Below, in pieces: positions 25,371 to 63,997 of a stretch of DNA of 64,000 bases. The DNA comes from Nitrospirales bacterium (GTDB taxonomy: Bacteria > Nitrospirota > Nitrospiria > Nitrospirales > UBA8639). The stretch lies in the NCBI GenBank assembly GCA_965203295.1, contig CBDBCZ010000011.1, positions 160,001 to 224,000 on the forward strand, written 5' to 3'. The position numbers and the translations under genes are program-made. The notes under the pieces were generated by a model that saw only the letters and a list, made by a program, of their open reading frames with translations, searched no databases and was not told where the DNA came from. The stretch's first letter is position 1. Each line of letters opens with the position of its first letter.

Positions 25371-26662
25371 AGTGCTCCATAGGAAGACGTGAAGTGTGCA
25401 TGCGTTTAGTAGGGGCATCCTCCCCCAGGAAAAAGTTCGGATTTAAGATTAGTTCTAGTTTGATCTGAAATAGCAAGAGCTGGCTGTTAAACAGTTTCAA
25501 GCCTAGTTTTAAAGGCATAGCATCGCTTCGCTCTCAGACTGCATGCGCATGATGACATCACGTGGTGATGCACGGAAAACAGCGTCTGTGGCGACATTGT
25601 AGTGCAGCCGGCTGGCTGAGTGTGTCACGCCATGCACTCAGCATCTTTGCTGTCAGGTAGCTACTTTGTACCTGAGGAGCCAAGGTTTCTGTATTGCTGA
25701 CAAGTATGAGGAACCAATGTTTCTACTTTGATGTCAGATACATTGTAGCTAAGGAAGCAAGGTTTCTACATTAATTAATTAATTAATTAATTAATTAATT
25801 GCTACCAGGTATGAGGAAACAAGGCTTCCACTTTGCTGTCAGGTAGCTACTTTGTTCCTGTGAGGAGCCAAGGTTTCTGTATTGCTGACAGGTAAGAGGA
25901 ACCAAGGTCAGCCTTCAAAATGAACGAGCGCCTTTCTTTGGTCAGAACTGCTCGGCAAGGAAGTGTGATTCAGCCATGTGGACAGTGCAGCTGCTTGATT
26001 CGTTGCACGCCAGACTTACGTCTCGTGTGTGATGCCCGCTTGTTAGTTTACTCTGTGATGGCTGCCATTTTATTTGGCTGATGCACCGACTTTGGTCTGG
26101 CAGCTGCCGTACCTGCCGGGCCTGCTCCTGTAGCCCTGTGATCCTTTAGTACTTGTATGTACATTACCTGCGTACATGTTACATTTGTACATACATGTAT
26201 ATACGCTCACACATTCACTGAACATACGTAACAAAACACTCCCAAAAATTCACCTTCATAGCTCTCTAGTGTATGAAGCAGCCTTGTTTTTATGAATTAC
26301 CTGTACAGCTCCACAGCAGCATGTGGTGGTGGAAGCTGAGATGACACTGGCTAAACAGTTCTTCCATTATGATGTAATGGGAGGCACTAAATGGTGAAAG
26401 TACATGAAAACTTATGTTTTTGCACTTTTATGTACATTTTAACAAGAAAGCACAAAACAAACATGTTTTCATGTAAATCTCCCATTCAGTGCCTACTATA
26501 CTCTACTCCCCCCCCCCCCCCATTACATCATAATGGTAAAGGCTCTATTCAGCCCTGGCAAAGCCATGCATGTGTACGATGATAAGCGTATAAATGCACC
26601 ATCCCTACCACCCACTCCCCCACTCTCCCTCCCTACCACCCCCACCCCACTCTCCCTCACAG

Positions 26663-38644
<11,982 letters not shown>

Positions 38645-39166
38645 CTTCTGTTGTTTGCAGTGTACCCAACCAACAGTTTGCTGTATTTGCTCAATAGTGT
38701 GCACTCTAGTGTGCACGTGTTTAAATTGTTCTTACCACTGTACGTGTACATGTATAATATGTAAGTAAGTGCTAGTAAGTATCTCTTATTACTGTCAATG
38801 AATTGATACAGGAGAAGCAGTACAATAATTATTGGGGGGTGCAGTTTAGAGTGCACGACTACTGTAGTACATGTACATATTTACTTACTTTGGTGATCTT
38901 TGCATTCCTGAACAAAGTGGATGGCTAATGAAATGAAATTGATGAGAAGTATGCTTCTATCTCTCTGCTAAGTAATCCACAATGACTCAACTTCGGGCCA
39001 GGCTGATTTTATTATGTAGAATGCAAAATTATTGAGCAGCAGACCCCTGACATGGTTAAGTCACATCACCCTATTATAACAGGAGCCTTCAATTACACTG
39101 ATGACCAACATAAGGGATGCCGCGTTGTTGCCAGTAGCTGCCCTAGCCTAATCTCATCTCCCACAA

Positions 39167-39525
39167 TAGCAATCCCAGCACCCAGCCAGCCAGTGGTCAT
39201 CGTAGCAATCCCAGCACCCAGCAGGCCAGTGGTCATCGTAGCAATCCCAGCACCCAGCCAGCCAGCGGTCATCGTAGCAATCCCAGCACCCAGCCAGCCA
39301 GCGGTCATCGTAGCAATCCCAGCACCCAGCCAGCCAGTGGTCATCGTAGCAATCCCAGGACCCAGCCAGCCAGTGGTCATCGTAGCAATCCCAGCACCCA
39401 GCCAGCCAGTGGTCATCGTAGCAATCCCAGCACCCAGCCAGCCAGTGGTCATCGTAGCAATCCCAGCACCCAGCCAGCCAGTGGTCATCGTAGCAATCCC
39501 AGCACCCAGCCAGCCAGGGGTCATT
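39167..39525 (+). repeat. 36-bp minisatellite, about 10 copies (in-frame IVAIPAPSQPVV)
   Basis: Unit GTAGCAATCCCAGCACCCAGCCAGCCAGTGGTCATC. Confidence 0.95.
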
Positions 39526-39830
39526 GGCCTTTCAGTGCCACCGATTCCACGTGACCTGGCCCGGAGGATCTGGCACAGTGGGTGCGTGGAATTCACAGGA
39601 GAAAAGTGCAATTTCCTGAAATGCATTACAAGGAAGGAAATCTGGTATTTCAGGTACAGGGTAGTATAGGATATTTCCATGAGATTCTGCCCTATCCTAT
39701 ATTACCCTGTACCAAATTTCCTGTCAAATTTCCTTGCAAGTTATTCCACTTTTTTTTGCTGTGGAAATTGACAGGCATCTCCACAAATCGATAGGATCTG
39801 GAAGGAGGTGAAAATGACATACAAAGGAGG

Positions 39831-39850
39831 TAGTCTCGCGGACGAGACTA
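39831..39850. mobile_element. 20-bp TIR-only insertion with perfect 9-bp TSD
   Basis: CAAAGGAGG-TAGTCTCG-CGGA-CGAGACTA-CAAAGGAGG. Confidence 0.8.
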
Positions 39851-42800
39851 CAAAGGAGGAGGGAAAGGCTCAGGTACGGCACACACATGGTGATATGGGT
39901 GGTGCACATGGCTAGCCTTGTATACCCAGTTGTCCTACGTTTTTTTCACTTACAGTATAAAAGTGGAACCACTTTTTCTTCCTGCAAGTGGAAAATAAGC
40001 TGGGGTGACTGGGTACGAGGCTAGGTGGTGGCATTCATTGTCTTGATGGGTGTAGTGGCTGCATGTTGGACACCCGGAGAAAGTCTGGAATACCGCCAGC
40101 TGCAGGTGCTTGCAGTTCGGATGCACCTATTGGCACAAGTGCTTGAAGTGCCAGGGGTCGGTTGATTGCTCCTTCCACTCAAGTGTTTTTAGGAAGGGTA
40201 TATACAGTAGTGAACGTTTCACTGATTCAGACCAATGTACCTATACTCCTACAGGTAGCTGCACAGCTTTACAGCGTGATCAGTAGACTCCAGCAAATGT
40301 TTCATGCATCCAGATAATAACAATCTTAGCATTATCTCATCAACCTAAACCAACCTACAAGAAACTTCAGATCGACATTGCATGCTTCAAGAAATCATTC
40401 AGATCAGCCACTCTGCATGGGAGCAGTCCAGGCAAAATGGCTAGATGTAGAAGGCAGTGACCCCAACCTAAATGTCACACCTCTTGAGACATCATGCACA
40501 CATGCATACGTATATGCTGTAACATTCCGGTGCACTTGGATGACAGACATGCAATGGAAGGGGCACGCTTACATTGATACGGTGCTTCCACTTTGACTAA
40601 TGTCTACACCAAGAGCTTTCTGTGCTGCAGCCAATGCTCTGTATGAGCAGTAAGCAGTGTCAAAGTTAAGTCACGATCTTTCTTACCTGTGGTTCACTAC
40701 ACAGTGACAAATGCCATCACAACATTTCAATCAAGGTTAACACCAGCAAATGATTAGGTGTGCCTAGCCATGCTAAAATATGATAGTCCAACCACCAACA
40801 GTTTTCTTTAGTGTTGTTTTAGACACTGACAAGCTGCCGTTTCACTCATTAGGAGTCACTACAGAAAAAAAAAAACTGCGAAAACTTCCTGCTAATGCTA
40901 GACTCTCGTATGCATGGGGCCCAAAAGCAAGCAAGCAGAGAGCACTAACTATTACAATGTCATGTATCTCTAATAGGAACATATAGTCACATGTATGCAT
41001 GGCCCTTCTTCCTGGGAGAGCCTTCCTGTGTAGAATGATCAATCTGTCATGCAACCTCAAGGAATGGACCATGGAATCATTAATTGGGCCTGAATTTCCG
41101 CCACGACCTAAGAACTTTTATGCTCACATGGAGCCGGGTACAATCTCGATGCAATTCCCTGATCTTCAGGCGTTCCCCAAGACACATTTAAAGAAAAGGT
41201 GTATCTGGGCATACTGGAGTGCACCAAATTACCCATGTGCGGCATTCAAGACTAAAGCAGTCATCCCCAGGTTCTCAGTGAACCCGAGCAGGAATGGTAG
41301 CATCATAAGACTACCATAGTTATCAGCCAGTAGGCATGTATGCATAATTATTGGTTGGCCGGGTTTAATTTAGTACCGGCCTATCTACATGTACTAGCAG
41401 AAAGTTATAGCTAATGAGTACACACATGATTGTATCAGTTCCAATTTTTCGCAGCGACAAATATGCATGGCGGCCAGGGCGGGGCAGCTCAGATAGCCGA
41501 CTCGCGCGCTCGGGCGGCGGGCGCCACGCCCGCGACCCCAATCGTACCCAATTAAATTCCGCACGACAGAGGTTAATTGAGTCGAGAGTTGAGCTTTCCA
41601 CCAGCGCTGCAGCACTATTGAACACCGGTTTATTGTGAAGAAGGATGGCAAAAGGTTAGCGCAGTGAATGATATTCTAGGGGCTGGGCGGGGTTGTAAAA
41701 GAATTCTTTCCAGCCGATGTAAACAAATATGCTCTCGCGCTTCAGTGCTAAAGTCAAGAGTTTATCAACGTCCGACGAACGCTGCGCGTGAATGCACGCT
41801 TGGAACGAAGCGCGACTGGAAGTAGCCCCAGGCCACACTTCCTCCAATTGCGTGGCCTGGGAAGGAGGCTAGACTGGAAAGGGCCCCGCCCCCGCCTTAT
41901 ACTCTTAACGCGCCGTGCGCAAGAACGCCAAACAAACTCTTATAGTGTAGCATTGTAGGTGCAACTGTAATGCTTCAGCAGTTTTCACTACCTTTGCAAA
42001 GCAAAAGCCTGCTGCACTAAGGGTGGGTGGGTGGGTGATTAATTAGGCTTTGACCTCCTCTTCTAGTAGATTGAGGTCACTAGCAGCTTCTCAAAACTGT
42101 GGTTTGCTGTTGCGTGGTTTATGAACAAGGACTAGTCACTTGCTCATTGCTTGTAGAAACGTTTGCGTATGGGATCAAAACTAGATCAAGCGGTCAAGGT
42201 AGTTTTTATGAGACGATCAAGGTATCATGATGAAATCCGAGCAACAGAAATTATAGTCCCCGTACACCCATGCCCTCTCGGTGAGAGAGAGTCTGGTAGC
42301 TCGATTTTAATTTCTTGTTTCTAACACCTTAGTGATCTGGAATTTCAAAGCACGAAACAGATTGCTTGAAACGTAATTAAACGAGCATGACGTCACCGAG
42401 CATGCATAATTAAATAATAACATAGCTACATGTACATCTACAAGTATGGCTATTGTCGAAAGTGAGAACTGCTTCCAGAGCATAGATAGTAGTCTATTGT
42501 CAGAGAAGGCAGTTGAGGCCGCTATCACCAGTCGCTTGAGTGCAGACATGTACATGTACGTTAACTAAGGAAAGGGGTGGGTGCTGAAAAGAGTGCCAAT
42601 TGAGAATTTGTTATAAAGAGCAATGGATACTCTACCTCCACCTGGGTCAAAACCTACTGGTCGACTCCATCCTTCCCTGTTGAAGCAACACTAAGTAGCT
42701 CTGGCTAAGTAGCTGCCCTTGAGGATTCCACACAATGAATTTTCATCATGAATCTAATTCATGAGCTGTGTGGACCCCACTCAGACCCTCCTTCTCTCTA

Positions 42801-42966
42801 GCTAGTTTTCGGCGGGTGAGTGTCAGAGGGTTTGAGAACAGGACTAGTTCCAGAAAGCGCATGTGTGTACATGCATGCGTTTGTGTGTGTGTGTGTGTGT
42901 AGGGGGAGGGGAGAGATCGAGTATGCTTAATACCCACACTCAAACAGTTTACATAACAGATTAATT

Positions 42967-43468
42967 GGGTGATAGGAAGTGGTGGGGGTGGAGGTGTGGG
43001 TGATAGGAAGTGGTGGGGGTGGAGGTGTGGGTGATAGGAAGTGGTGGGGGTGGAGGTGTGGATGATAGGAAGTGGTGGGGGTGGAGGTGTGGATGATAGG
43101 AAGTGGTGGGGGTGGAGGTGTGGGTGATAGGAAGTGGTGGGGGTGGAGGTGTGGGTGATAGGAAGTGGTGGGGGGGGTGGAGGTGTGGATGATAGGAAGT
43201 GGTGGGGGTGGAGGTGTGGATGATAGGAAGTGGTGGGGGTGGAGGTGTGGATGATAGGAAGTGGTGGGGGTGGAGGTGTGGGTGATAGGAAGTGGTGGGG
43301 GTGGAGGTGTGGATGATAGGAAGTGGTGGGGGTGGAGGTGTGGATGATAGGAAGTGGTGGGGGTGGAGGTGTGGATGATAGGAAGTGGTGGGGGTGGAGG
43401 TGTGGGTGATAGGAAGTGGTGGGGGTGGAGGTGTGGATGATAGGAAGTGGTGGGGTGGAGGTGTGGAT
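42967..43468. repeat. 31-bp G-rich minisatellite, about 16 copies
   Basis: Unit GGRTGATAGGAAGTGGTGGGGGTGGAGGTGT. Confidence 0.95.
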
Positions 43469-43845
43469 GGGGCCACCAGTAACCTATTTTTGACACCGCA
43501 TATATAATTTTTCCCCGCCTCCATTTATGAGCTCTTGCCGATTTACAAAGGCCTAACCTTGCGACAGCGAGTCTTCAAACATGTAGCTGCACAAAATTCC
43601 ATGCATTAGTACATGTATGTACACAACTCAGTACTCCTACCCTGTCCCAAGTTAGACATTTGTACGTACGTACATTAGAAATAGATAGAGCTACAGGTCT
43701 AAACACTGGCTGTTCAGTTCATTCACTTCAGCCTTTGCTACATGTATGTTTCAAAGTCATCATATATGTACATGTACATGTGTACGATGATTACTGTACA
43801 TGTACATGCACCATTCCTACCCACACCCCTAACTCTCACACACAG

Positions 43846-51020
<7,175 letters not shown>

Positions 51021-51611
51021 GCTTGTACTACGTCTATGTACGACTGACCCAACAAAGATTTTGCTGTGTTTGCTCATTAGTGAGTTTATACAAAAGATTG
51101 TTCAGGAGCTGATGTAGAGGTGTGATAGCGTAGCGTAGTGACTGAACGTTGCTATATTTCTGTACGCAGGTTTAGTTGTATATTGTGTATAGAAAGGATT
51201 TTTATGTAAACTCTAAAGAAAATAATTTTTTTCCGTATCTGATTATTGTCTAATTAAAATTAGTTTGCTAGTTCTCAGTGCCATATCTCCAGTGCACTTT
51301 GCACTTAACATGTACACCCAGGAAGTATGTAGGCCACCACTTAACTACAATAGAAGGTGGGTGGGGCCTAGGTATGAGGCTACACGTCTGCACGATAGTT
51401 TCGTCATAGATACTATTCCTATAATTATATTCATATAGTATCTATGGTCTTGTGCCCCAACTTTTTGTGAACTTTCCGTCGGGGCACGAGACTACTGCAC
51501 GTCGATGGATTTTGCATAAAGAAGAAAAAATCATTTTGCCTACTTTTCCGAGGAGGACTCTGGGTATGAGACTAGCAGTTGCGAGGCCAGCTTGAAAATG
51601 AGTTCACTCCC

Positions 51612-51648
<37 letters not shown>

Positions 51649-53841
51649 ACCCTCCCCCCCCATGAAATAGGGGTGGGGCTTACAAGTCACATGTCGTGAA
51701 CTATTAAAAAAAGCGAGCTGACTACGTATACATAATTATGGCTAATTTCTCCCAGTGATGTGTATATAGTCACGGCTCATAGCGCACATAAAACGCGTAA
51801 TTATAACATCATAGATAATACATGTAATATATTATCACATTCTATGGTCACATGATACACTATTAATCATAATATGCATTGCACCGCACGAAATAGGGGC
51901 TGGGCTTGCAAGTCACATGTCGTGAACTATTGAAAAAAAATCCAGCTGACTGTACGTATGGCTACAGAGAAGGATCGGCTGCTCGCCCCCTCGGGCCAGC
52001 CCAGCGCTCCTGGAGCAGCGCCTTACCGTACGTCGTAACATAGTATCTATGGTCGTAAGGAGCCTAGCGGCATATTGTACAACGCTAGCCTCGTTCCCAG
52101 GCCTTCGCACAGCTTTAGCCTAGGAACGAGGCTAGTGCAACCATAGATAATATTGCTCCGTTACGGAGCTATATCATCTATGGTACAACACAACAGTACA
52201 AATTTACTTGTGCCGCTAGCAATAATGGAAAATTGAAAAGTGTTCGATCGTTGCCAGTAAAGTAAACTATACTATTTTGTTTAATACTTAGCTAATAATA
52301 ACTAATTTAAAAGCACCACTGATTAAGAATTAGTGTTTCAATATAATATTATAGTTCTGTAATTCAAAGTTGGCTCTGGCAGCTTAATATTTAATAAAGG
52401 TTAGAGGACACCCAATTTCGGACGGGTGATTAAATCTCCAGACAATTGTATTTTCTTACTGCTACAATATCATCTGAGTAGTGATCTAAGAAAATACAAT
52501 TGTCTAGAATGGTGCTACATGGATACACTATCCATAGCTCAAAATTTTTACTGAAATGGGTCATGCTTTTGCCATGGATTAGCCCCCCCCTCCCCCATTG
52601 GGTGATTGCATCATCTATTCTATCAGGAAGTCACTGAGTTGGCTTCCCCATTGGTGACATGTCATTAATTGATAAGCAAGCTGCTTTGTGTAAACTTTTT
52701 GAGCTGTTATCTAACATAGCTAGCCTTGTTCCCAGGCTCGCACCATTTTTGTTTGCACAAAAGTGGTCACAGGACATGTGCACGCAAAACAGCACAGGTA
52801 TATATACTAGATGCAACACGAAGAGCTTTATTTGTGTTTAATGTCATCGTGGTAGTGGCTCAAAGCTGAAGAATAGTCTCTGAGAGTAACCTGAAGCGGT
52901 TTCTGATGGTAAGGTCACTGCACGCGGGATGCCGACATTATTCTTGCGATAATGTTTCCTAGGCAATACCATATTTCATAGTAGTAATAATTTCTCAATG
53001 AGTGACACCTTATAAATTTTGTAGAATTTTCAAGTACTGTACCGTCTATATTCTATTATTACGCAAGATCCAATTTAATGCAAGAAATTGTGATGAATCT
53101 AATCTAGCACAAGTCCATCACTAATTATTTTAAGCTGAATCCAATCTAATGCAAGAGGTGTACAACTCCAGTAAATATACTTTGTAAATTGCACTATAAA
53201 CTTAGCCTTGTACCCAGGCTACTATAAACTATTTGCTAAAACAACTGTTACTCAACTAAGTCCACAAAATTGCTTCCAGTCTTCACTAAATGGCTCTTCT
53301 GAGTCTTGCTGCCTATCAAAATTCTGGTGAAACCTTGAGCCTACCTCTTGAAAAAACTGGCTTCTTTCAAAGCTACTAAACCACTCCTTTACAATGTCAA
53401 TTACAATGCATGAGCTAATTAGCGCAAGAAATTCTATTCCAGGAATTTTCAATGAATCTAATTTAGTGCAAACAAACTGAAATTAATTTATTTGCTTGTG
53501 TAATAATAGAATAAAGACGGTAATTGAATTTACCAGTACAGCTATTACGATTACTGGATTAGCCGCAGCACTTTTTAGTAGTCCACAGTGCTGGTGAATT
53601 ACCACCATGATGTCTATTAACAAGGCAAGCTGGAGAAAGTGAGAGTAGGGGCTTTCCCTTTGTTGGACCCTGCATGCACTCACTCTAGAAGATGCCTTTG
53701 GGGGCCAGCCAACCTGATATCCTGCTTAGTCTTGTTTCTATGCCCTCCGGCACTCAGATCTGACATTTGGTGAAACCGATTTGTCTTACGTAACACTTAC
53801 ACCTGCATTATTTAATTTTTGTGCCACACCTGGCCCCACAC

Positions 53842-54005
<164 letters not shown>

Positions 54006-54861
54006 CAGTTTCGTCATGTGCTACCATTTAGCAGCTGTATGTCATGTACGTTACGAAATTAAACAAAGCTACCTTGACTGTCCACCAATTTTTCGCCATC
54101 TAGACAATACAAACTCACACTCACTTGTTTTGCAGGCAGCTAGCTGTAAAATCATAATTTTGACATAATGGTAAATATAGAGTTTGTGGTGCTGTGAATG
54201 TAGATCTATGTCTACCATGCCAATGCTTCTTAGTTTAAATTTCATGTAGCATAAGGGAGGTGAAATTCTCCATGTCAACATCAAATGCAAGTACTTGTTG
54301 AACTCACTCGCAGCGCTCGTTCTATATACAGATAGATATTAAATGTGATGTGATTTGCATCTAGCATCTGGCAGTGGCAGTAGTGCTGCTGACAGATCCC
54401 AGCCTGAGCCATCTGTAGGCAGTAACTCAGAGGAGACTACAAACAATTGCACAAACAATACAGGCACACTAGGACTACAGCCATAGTCTTACCATACATG
54501 TAGGCGAATGGTCCATTTAATGCACATTTTCGTGTAGCGTATGTTGCAGTTATATCTCAGCACAGTTTTACTTACAGGACTATGTATAGCCACTCACCTT
54601 TGTGTTAAAATGTGCTCGAAGTGCTCATTTGAAGCCATCGTGTTGTCAGATCCAGCGGTCAAAGTATGATGATGTCATGCATGGTCTCACATAGTCTCGC
54701 TCAATTGCACGCACGTGATGTCACATCCGTAACACATAGACGCACGAACAAACTAGTAGATTAAAACATTGATACATCTTTGTTTGAAGCTGACCATCAT
54801 TCATCAGGAGAATACACGTACCACGCTCACTGTACACCCTTCCAAACACTCTCCCTCACAG

Positions 54862-60192
<5,331 letters not shown>

Positions 60193-61522
60193 ACTCTGTA
60201 CAGCTGCTGTTTTTACACCGAGTAGATAGTATTAATGTGTAGTGCTAAGGTGTGGAATTTAAACTTTGAATTTTTGTATATGTCTATTAAGTTTTATTGT
60301 GAAGAATATCGTACTATAACTTTCCCGTCTAGATTTGCACTTGATATTGAGTGTGTCGTCTAGTTACCACGACAACACGTAATCGCAAGCATGCCAAATA
60401 CGTTACTGCCGCCTTGATATTTAAATTTTCAAATTCATATTACAAGTTTTTAGCATAATTTCACATTTTTCAAATTCATTATGCAAGCTTTCAAATATTA
60501 TCACAGTTTTGTTCATTCAAAATGATAGCTAATGACTACGATAATTCGCTGTTGAATTACTTTTCACCCATATTTTTTAAAAAAAATTATAATCTATTTT
60601 TAAGATTTTGTGGTCATGCTCCCGCTACATATTGGTATATTATACACCACACCTGTGTCAGTCTCATGCCCATGCATAGTTACACTGTCATGTGGGGACT
60701 CACCTCATGTGCTGAGCATAAGACAAACTCAAGCACAGTAATATTAAATGTATAATTAGCACAATAAGGTACAAGTCTGTCAGCATAGAGTGTTGTACAT
60801 AGAGTATACTTTATATATCCTTCATATATCCGTGAATTTGGGCGGTGTTGGATGGTTATGCGAGATAACACAGTAAATATAATAGCATAGACATTAACTT
60901 ACAGCATGTTGTGGTCTCTTGAGCTTCTCTTTGGGGATGGTCTGCCGGCCACCTGTTTTTTAATTTGAATTCGAATGGACAGTATACAGCTGGGTGTCTT
61001 GTATACATGTGTTTCTTGCGGCGTCGTTTTTATTTTTCTCATACTTGAATTTTGAAATTTTCAATTCCTAAATGAAAGAAGGTATAAACTTATATAGTAA
61101 ACACAGTCAAGCTCAACAGCGGCTATATATATACTTGGCAAACGATGGTCTAGCCTACACTTCTTCCACCACCGAACTCTATGGTGCAGCAGTTTGAATT
61201 TCTAAAGTGCTAGTGACTCCCTCTGCTTGCAAAACAGCTGCTAAAAATTGTGCGCGTATTCGAAAGACTATAATAGACGTAGATATTATTTACATGTATC
61301 TAAAAGCGCACATAATTTAAAATGCCTAGTTCCAGTTACAGAATCAGTTTAATAGCCATAATATTATAATAGGTAAGTTGTTGCGCGCCTAGAATTAGAA
61401 TTAGATGCTGTGCGTACTGTACTGCGCAATGCAATTTTTTTTGCTGGGTGATAAACTCTCTATTTGATTATGGGTCTAATTAAGATATTACAACGAAAAC
61501 ACAAGAGCAATCATATAAAGAG

Positions 61523-62045
61523 TCAGATGATCCCGTTTACAGCAGCTGGACGGATTGGTTGGCAGCGGATCCCAGAGTGGCATTCCCCTTCCATATAGAG
61601 AGATGGCCAGGCGCTGCCTGGTGCTGTCAGGGGGAGGGATGCCCAAGTGATGGCCTTGGAGGTGGTTAATGCTTTTGATTGTACTGATGGCTTCCCCAAT
61701 CCAACCACCCAGAGACTCTGCAACAATTGGGACGAAGTGGACCTCTCGCTACAGACCTGCAGGCATCTGCGTGGGCCACCATCTTCCTCTCCTCCCCCAC
61801 ATGCAGGGCGTGACTGGGTGTGGTAGCAGCCCCGGCCAGAGTCAGTGGCTGTAACTTTAAGGTGGGGATGAGGGTGACGGTGACGTCCAGGGCATCTGGT
61901 TGACCCCTTCTCCAGTTGGGGAGATAGACGTCGGCTGGGCAGCTGCTGGAACCAGGAATCAACGATGGTACCTCCTTCCGCGGCACCAGAGCAGCCGATT
62001 GCACTGCTGAGAAGAGTGCATCACGGATAGAGTCATGCATGTCTA
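61523..62045 (-). mobile_element. 3' fragment of an RLE-type (CRE/R2-group) non-LTR retrotransposon
   Basis: HDSIRDAL...PRKEVPSL...PADVYLPNW.RGQP.ALDVTV...GEERK...HADAC matches the restriction-like endonuclease region; frameshifted. Confidence 0.75.
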
Positions 62046-62890
62046 TGCCGGAGTGAGGTAGGAAAGACACTTGTAATGTTTGGCGACAAAAAAACTTCTC
62101 CTACAACGATGGGATGTAGACAACCCACCTTTTGTTTGGAAGCCAGGAGGGTAGCACCAATGAGATGCAATTAGTCACGTGTGTCCCACCGTAAATTTGT
62201 AAGGGTCCCCGGTCCGGGCATAGCATAACTCCTTCCCCACGCAAAATTACTATACAGTGCATACCGGATGCTTCCTCTTCCCTATATCGCCCTCATGAAA
62301 CGTGTGTTAGACAGTCGTTTGGAATGGTTTTTCTTTTTACATCCACTAGTCACATGTCCAATGGATATTTCCCTTCAGACACTTCAAACCACCCAGTTTG
62401 TAACTTCTTCTAATATGTTTTGCTTATACAGGCACCCTAAACACGCTCTATTAAACAACAAAATCATGCTGCACTTCTAGTCGAAGTACATAAGCTCACA
62501 TCGACCAGTCCTCCAAGCCCATATATATAGGTTTTATTGGCTTTGGCTTACACATGTATAGCATTGAGCTCTAGCTCTAGCCTCATGCATTTTTACTCTT
62601 TTTTACATATTTTTACGTATTACAGTTGATGTAATTTTTACGTATTACAGTTGATGTATTCACACTCAATTAAGGTCATTGACCTTCTTTCCACATACCC
62701 TTGTGGTTACAAACTGAAGTTAGCCAGACTCCTGCACATTAACTTTACAGTGAGCATGGAGGTATGGAGGGGATATACTTCTCTCAAATGCAAACGTACA
62801 TCACTCAATTTATAGCAACAACCAAAAAATAATTTCAATAATAAAATCAGTGTTACTATAGTGTATAGTCATTCGAATCTTCTCACACTA

Positions 62891-63997
62891 TTATCTTGAT
62901 CCATAGTAGAATACTGTTATAAAACATGCAGCTAGGAGGATGGTGTACAGGAGGGCCACTTCCACTGAGGCCTGAGAGGAACTGTCATCCTGCATGGGGG
63001 AGAATGATCTCACCAGTGGCTAGTGTTGTTTTAGTTAACCAAGACAACAAAACAAAAAGTGTTTTAGCAGGAGATAAACGGATTTTGTTGCTTTACTAAA
63101 GCAAGGGTGGGAATATACTACAACAAAAAAACATCAATTACAACCAGTTCATAATGAGTTACGGTTTAAAGCGTTTTAGTATCCCTTGTTTCATTTCAGT
63201 TGACTAACTAAAACCACATTAATTATTTTATTAATACTAAATCTAGTCTAGTTATGTAAAGCCTACTAAAAACAAAACTGCTCACCACAATGACACGTGC
63301 CGAAATTCACAATTATTGCTTACTTGTGATACCATGAATGTTACAAAATCACTCCTATCTTGATTATCATCCAACGATGCAGTGACCACCAGGGTAGTGG
63401 CTGGTATCTCACAGTTTATCGCATCCCTACTCAAAGAAACAACAGTTGCCACAGCTTCAACAGTTTCATTTGTCTTAACGAGGATATGTTGCGGTAGAAC
63501 AGAATAACTGAAAGCAGTACTGTGTTTGCAGCTATTGTGATGTGTTGGCGTTACTTGAAGAGTAAAAGTTGCATCCTTTCCAAAGTTGGAGAGCAGCAAT
63601 GCAATATTTACTGTATCTCCAGGAAGCAGATCAATAATAACAAATTCATCAGCTGTAACAGAATTGAGAATAATTACATTACAAAGTGTCATACTATTTA
63701 AACGATTTTCTAGTGTACCTTTATAGCTAACATGGTACAGTATTCTTCCAAAATGGTTTCCCATACATAGCACTATATGATAATAGTTTTCTTACCTAAT
63801 CTTAGTTCCACGTCGGTTGGATGCAATCCAATAGCATTAATGCGAGACACTTGGTTTCCACTGTTATCAACTCCAATCACTTGTAGCTGAAATGCCATTT
63901 GAGGATATAAGAACTTCTCTGTAGCAAAGGTATCCCTCCCAGTAGAGATTAAATTCATTCTCAGTATGATTTTACCATCAAACTCTAGCAACATAGC
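62891..63997 (-). CDS. 3' end of a VWA7/hemicentin-like extracellular protein with a hydrophobic C-terminal tail (TM or GPI signal)
   Basis: Minus-strand exons 63997-63796, 63652-63324 and 62989-62891 (TAA), in frame. The motif FQLQVIGVDNSGNQVSR resembles the beta-sandwich following VWA in VWA7/hemicentin. The last exon is DDSSSQASVEVALLYTILLAACFITVFYYGSR*. Confidence 0.6.

Larger units (their letters stand above)
39050..41320 (+). mobile_element. Decayed DIRS/Ngaro-like tyrosine-recombinase retrotransposon remnant
   Basis: Gag-like SVPPIPRDLARRIWHSGCVEF (about 39530-39595). RT-like YIDTVLPL*LMSTPRAFCAAANAL (about 40569-40640), VVLDTDKL and PGRAFLCRMINL (about 41011). Many stops and frameshifts. 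Confidence 0.65.

Noticed and set aside
41340..41950. CpG-rich stretch with a GC box as the PLSCR-2 promoter
   Set aside because: Equally consistent with a TE fragment; no first exon could be linked.
42927..43524. Pro/His-rich minus-strand ORFs (extensin-like)
   Set aside because: Translation of a 31-bp minisatellite whose unit is not a multiple of three; no splice or start context.
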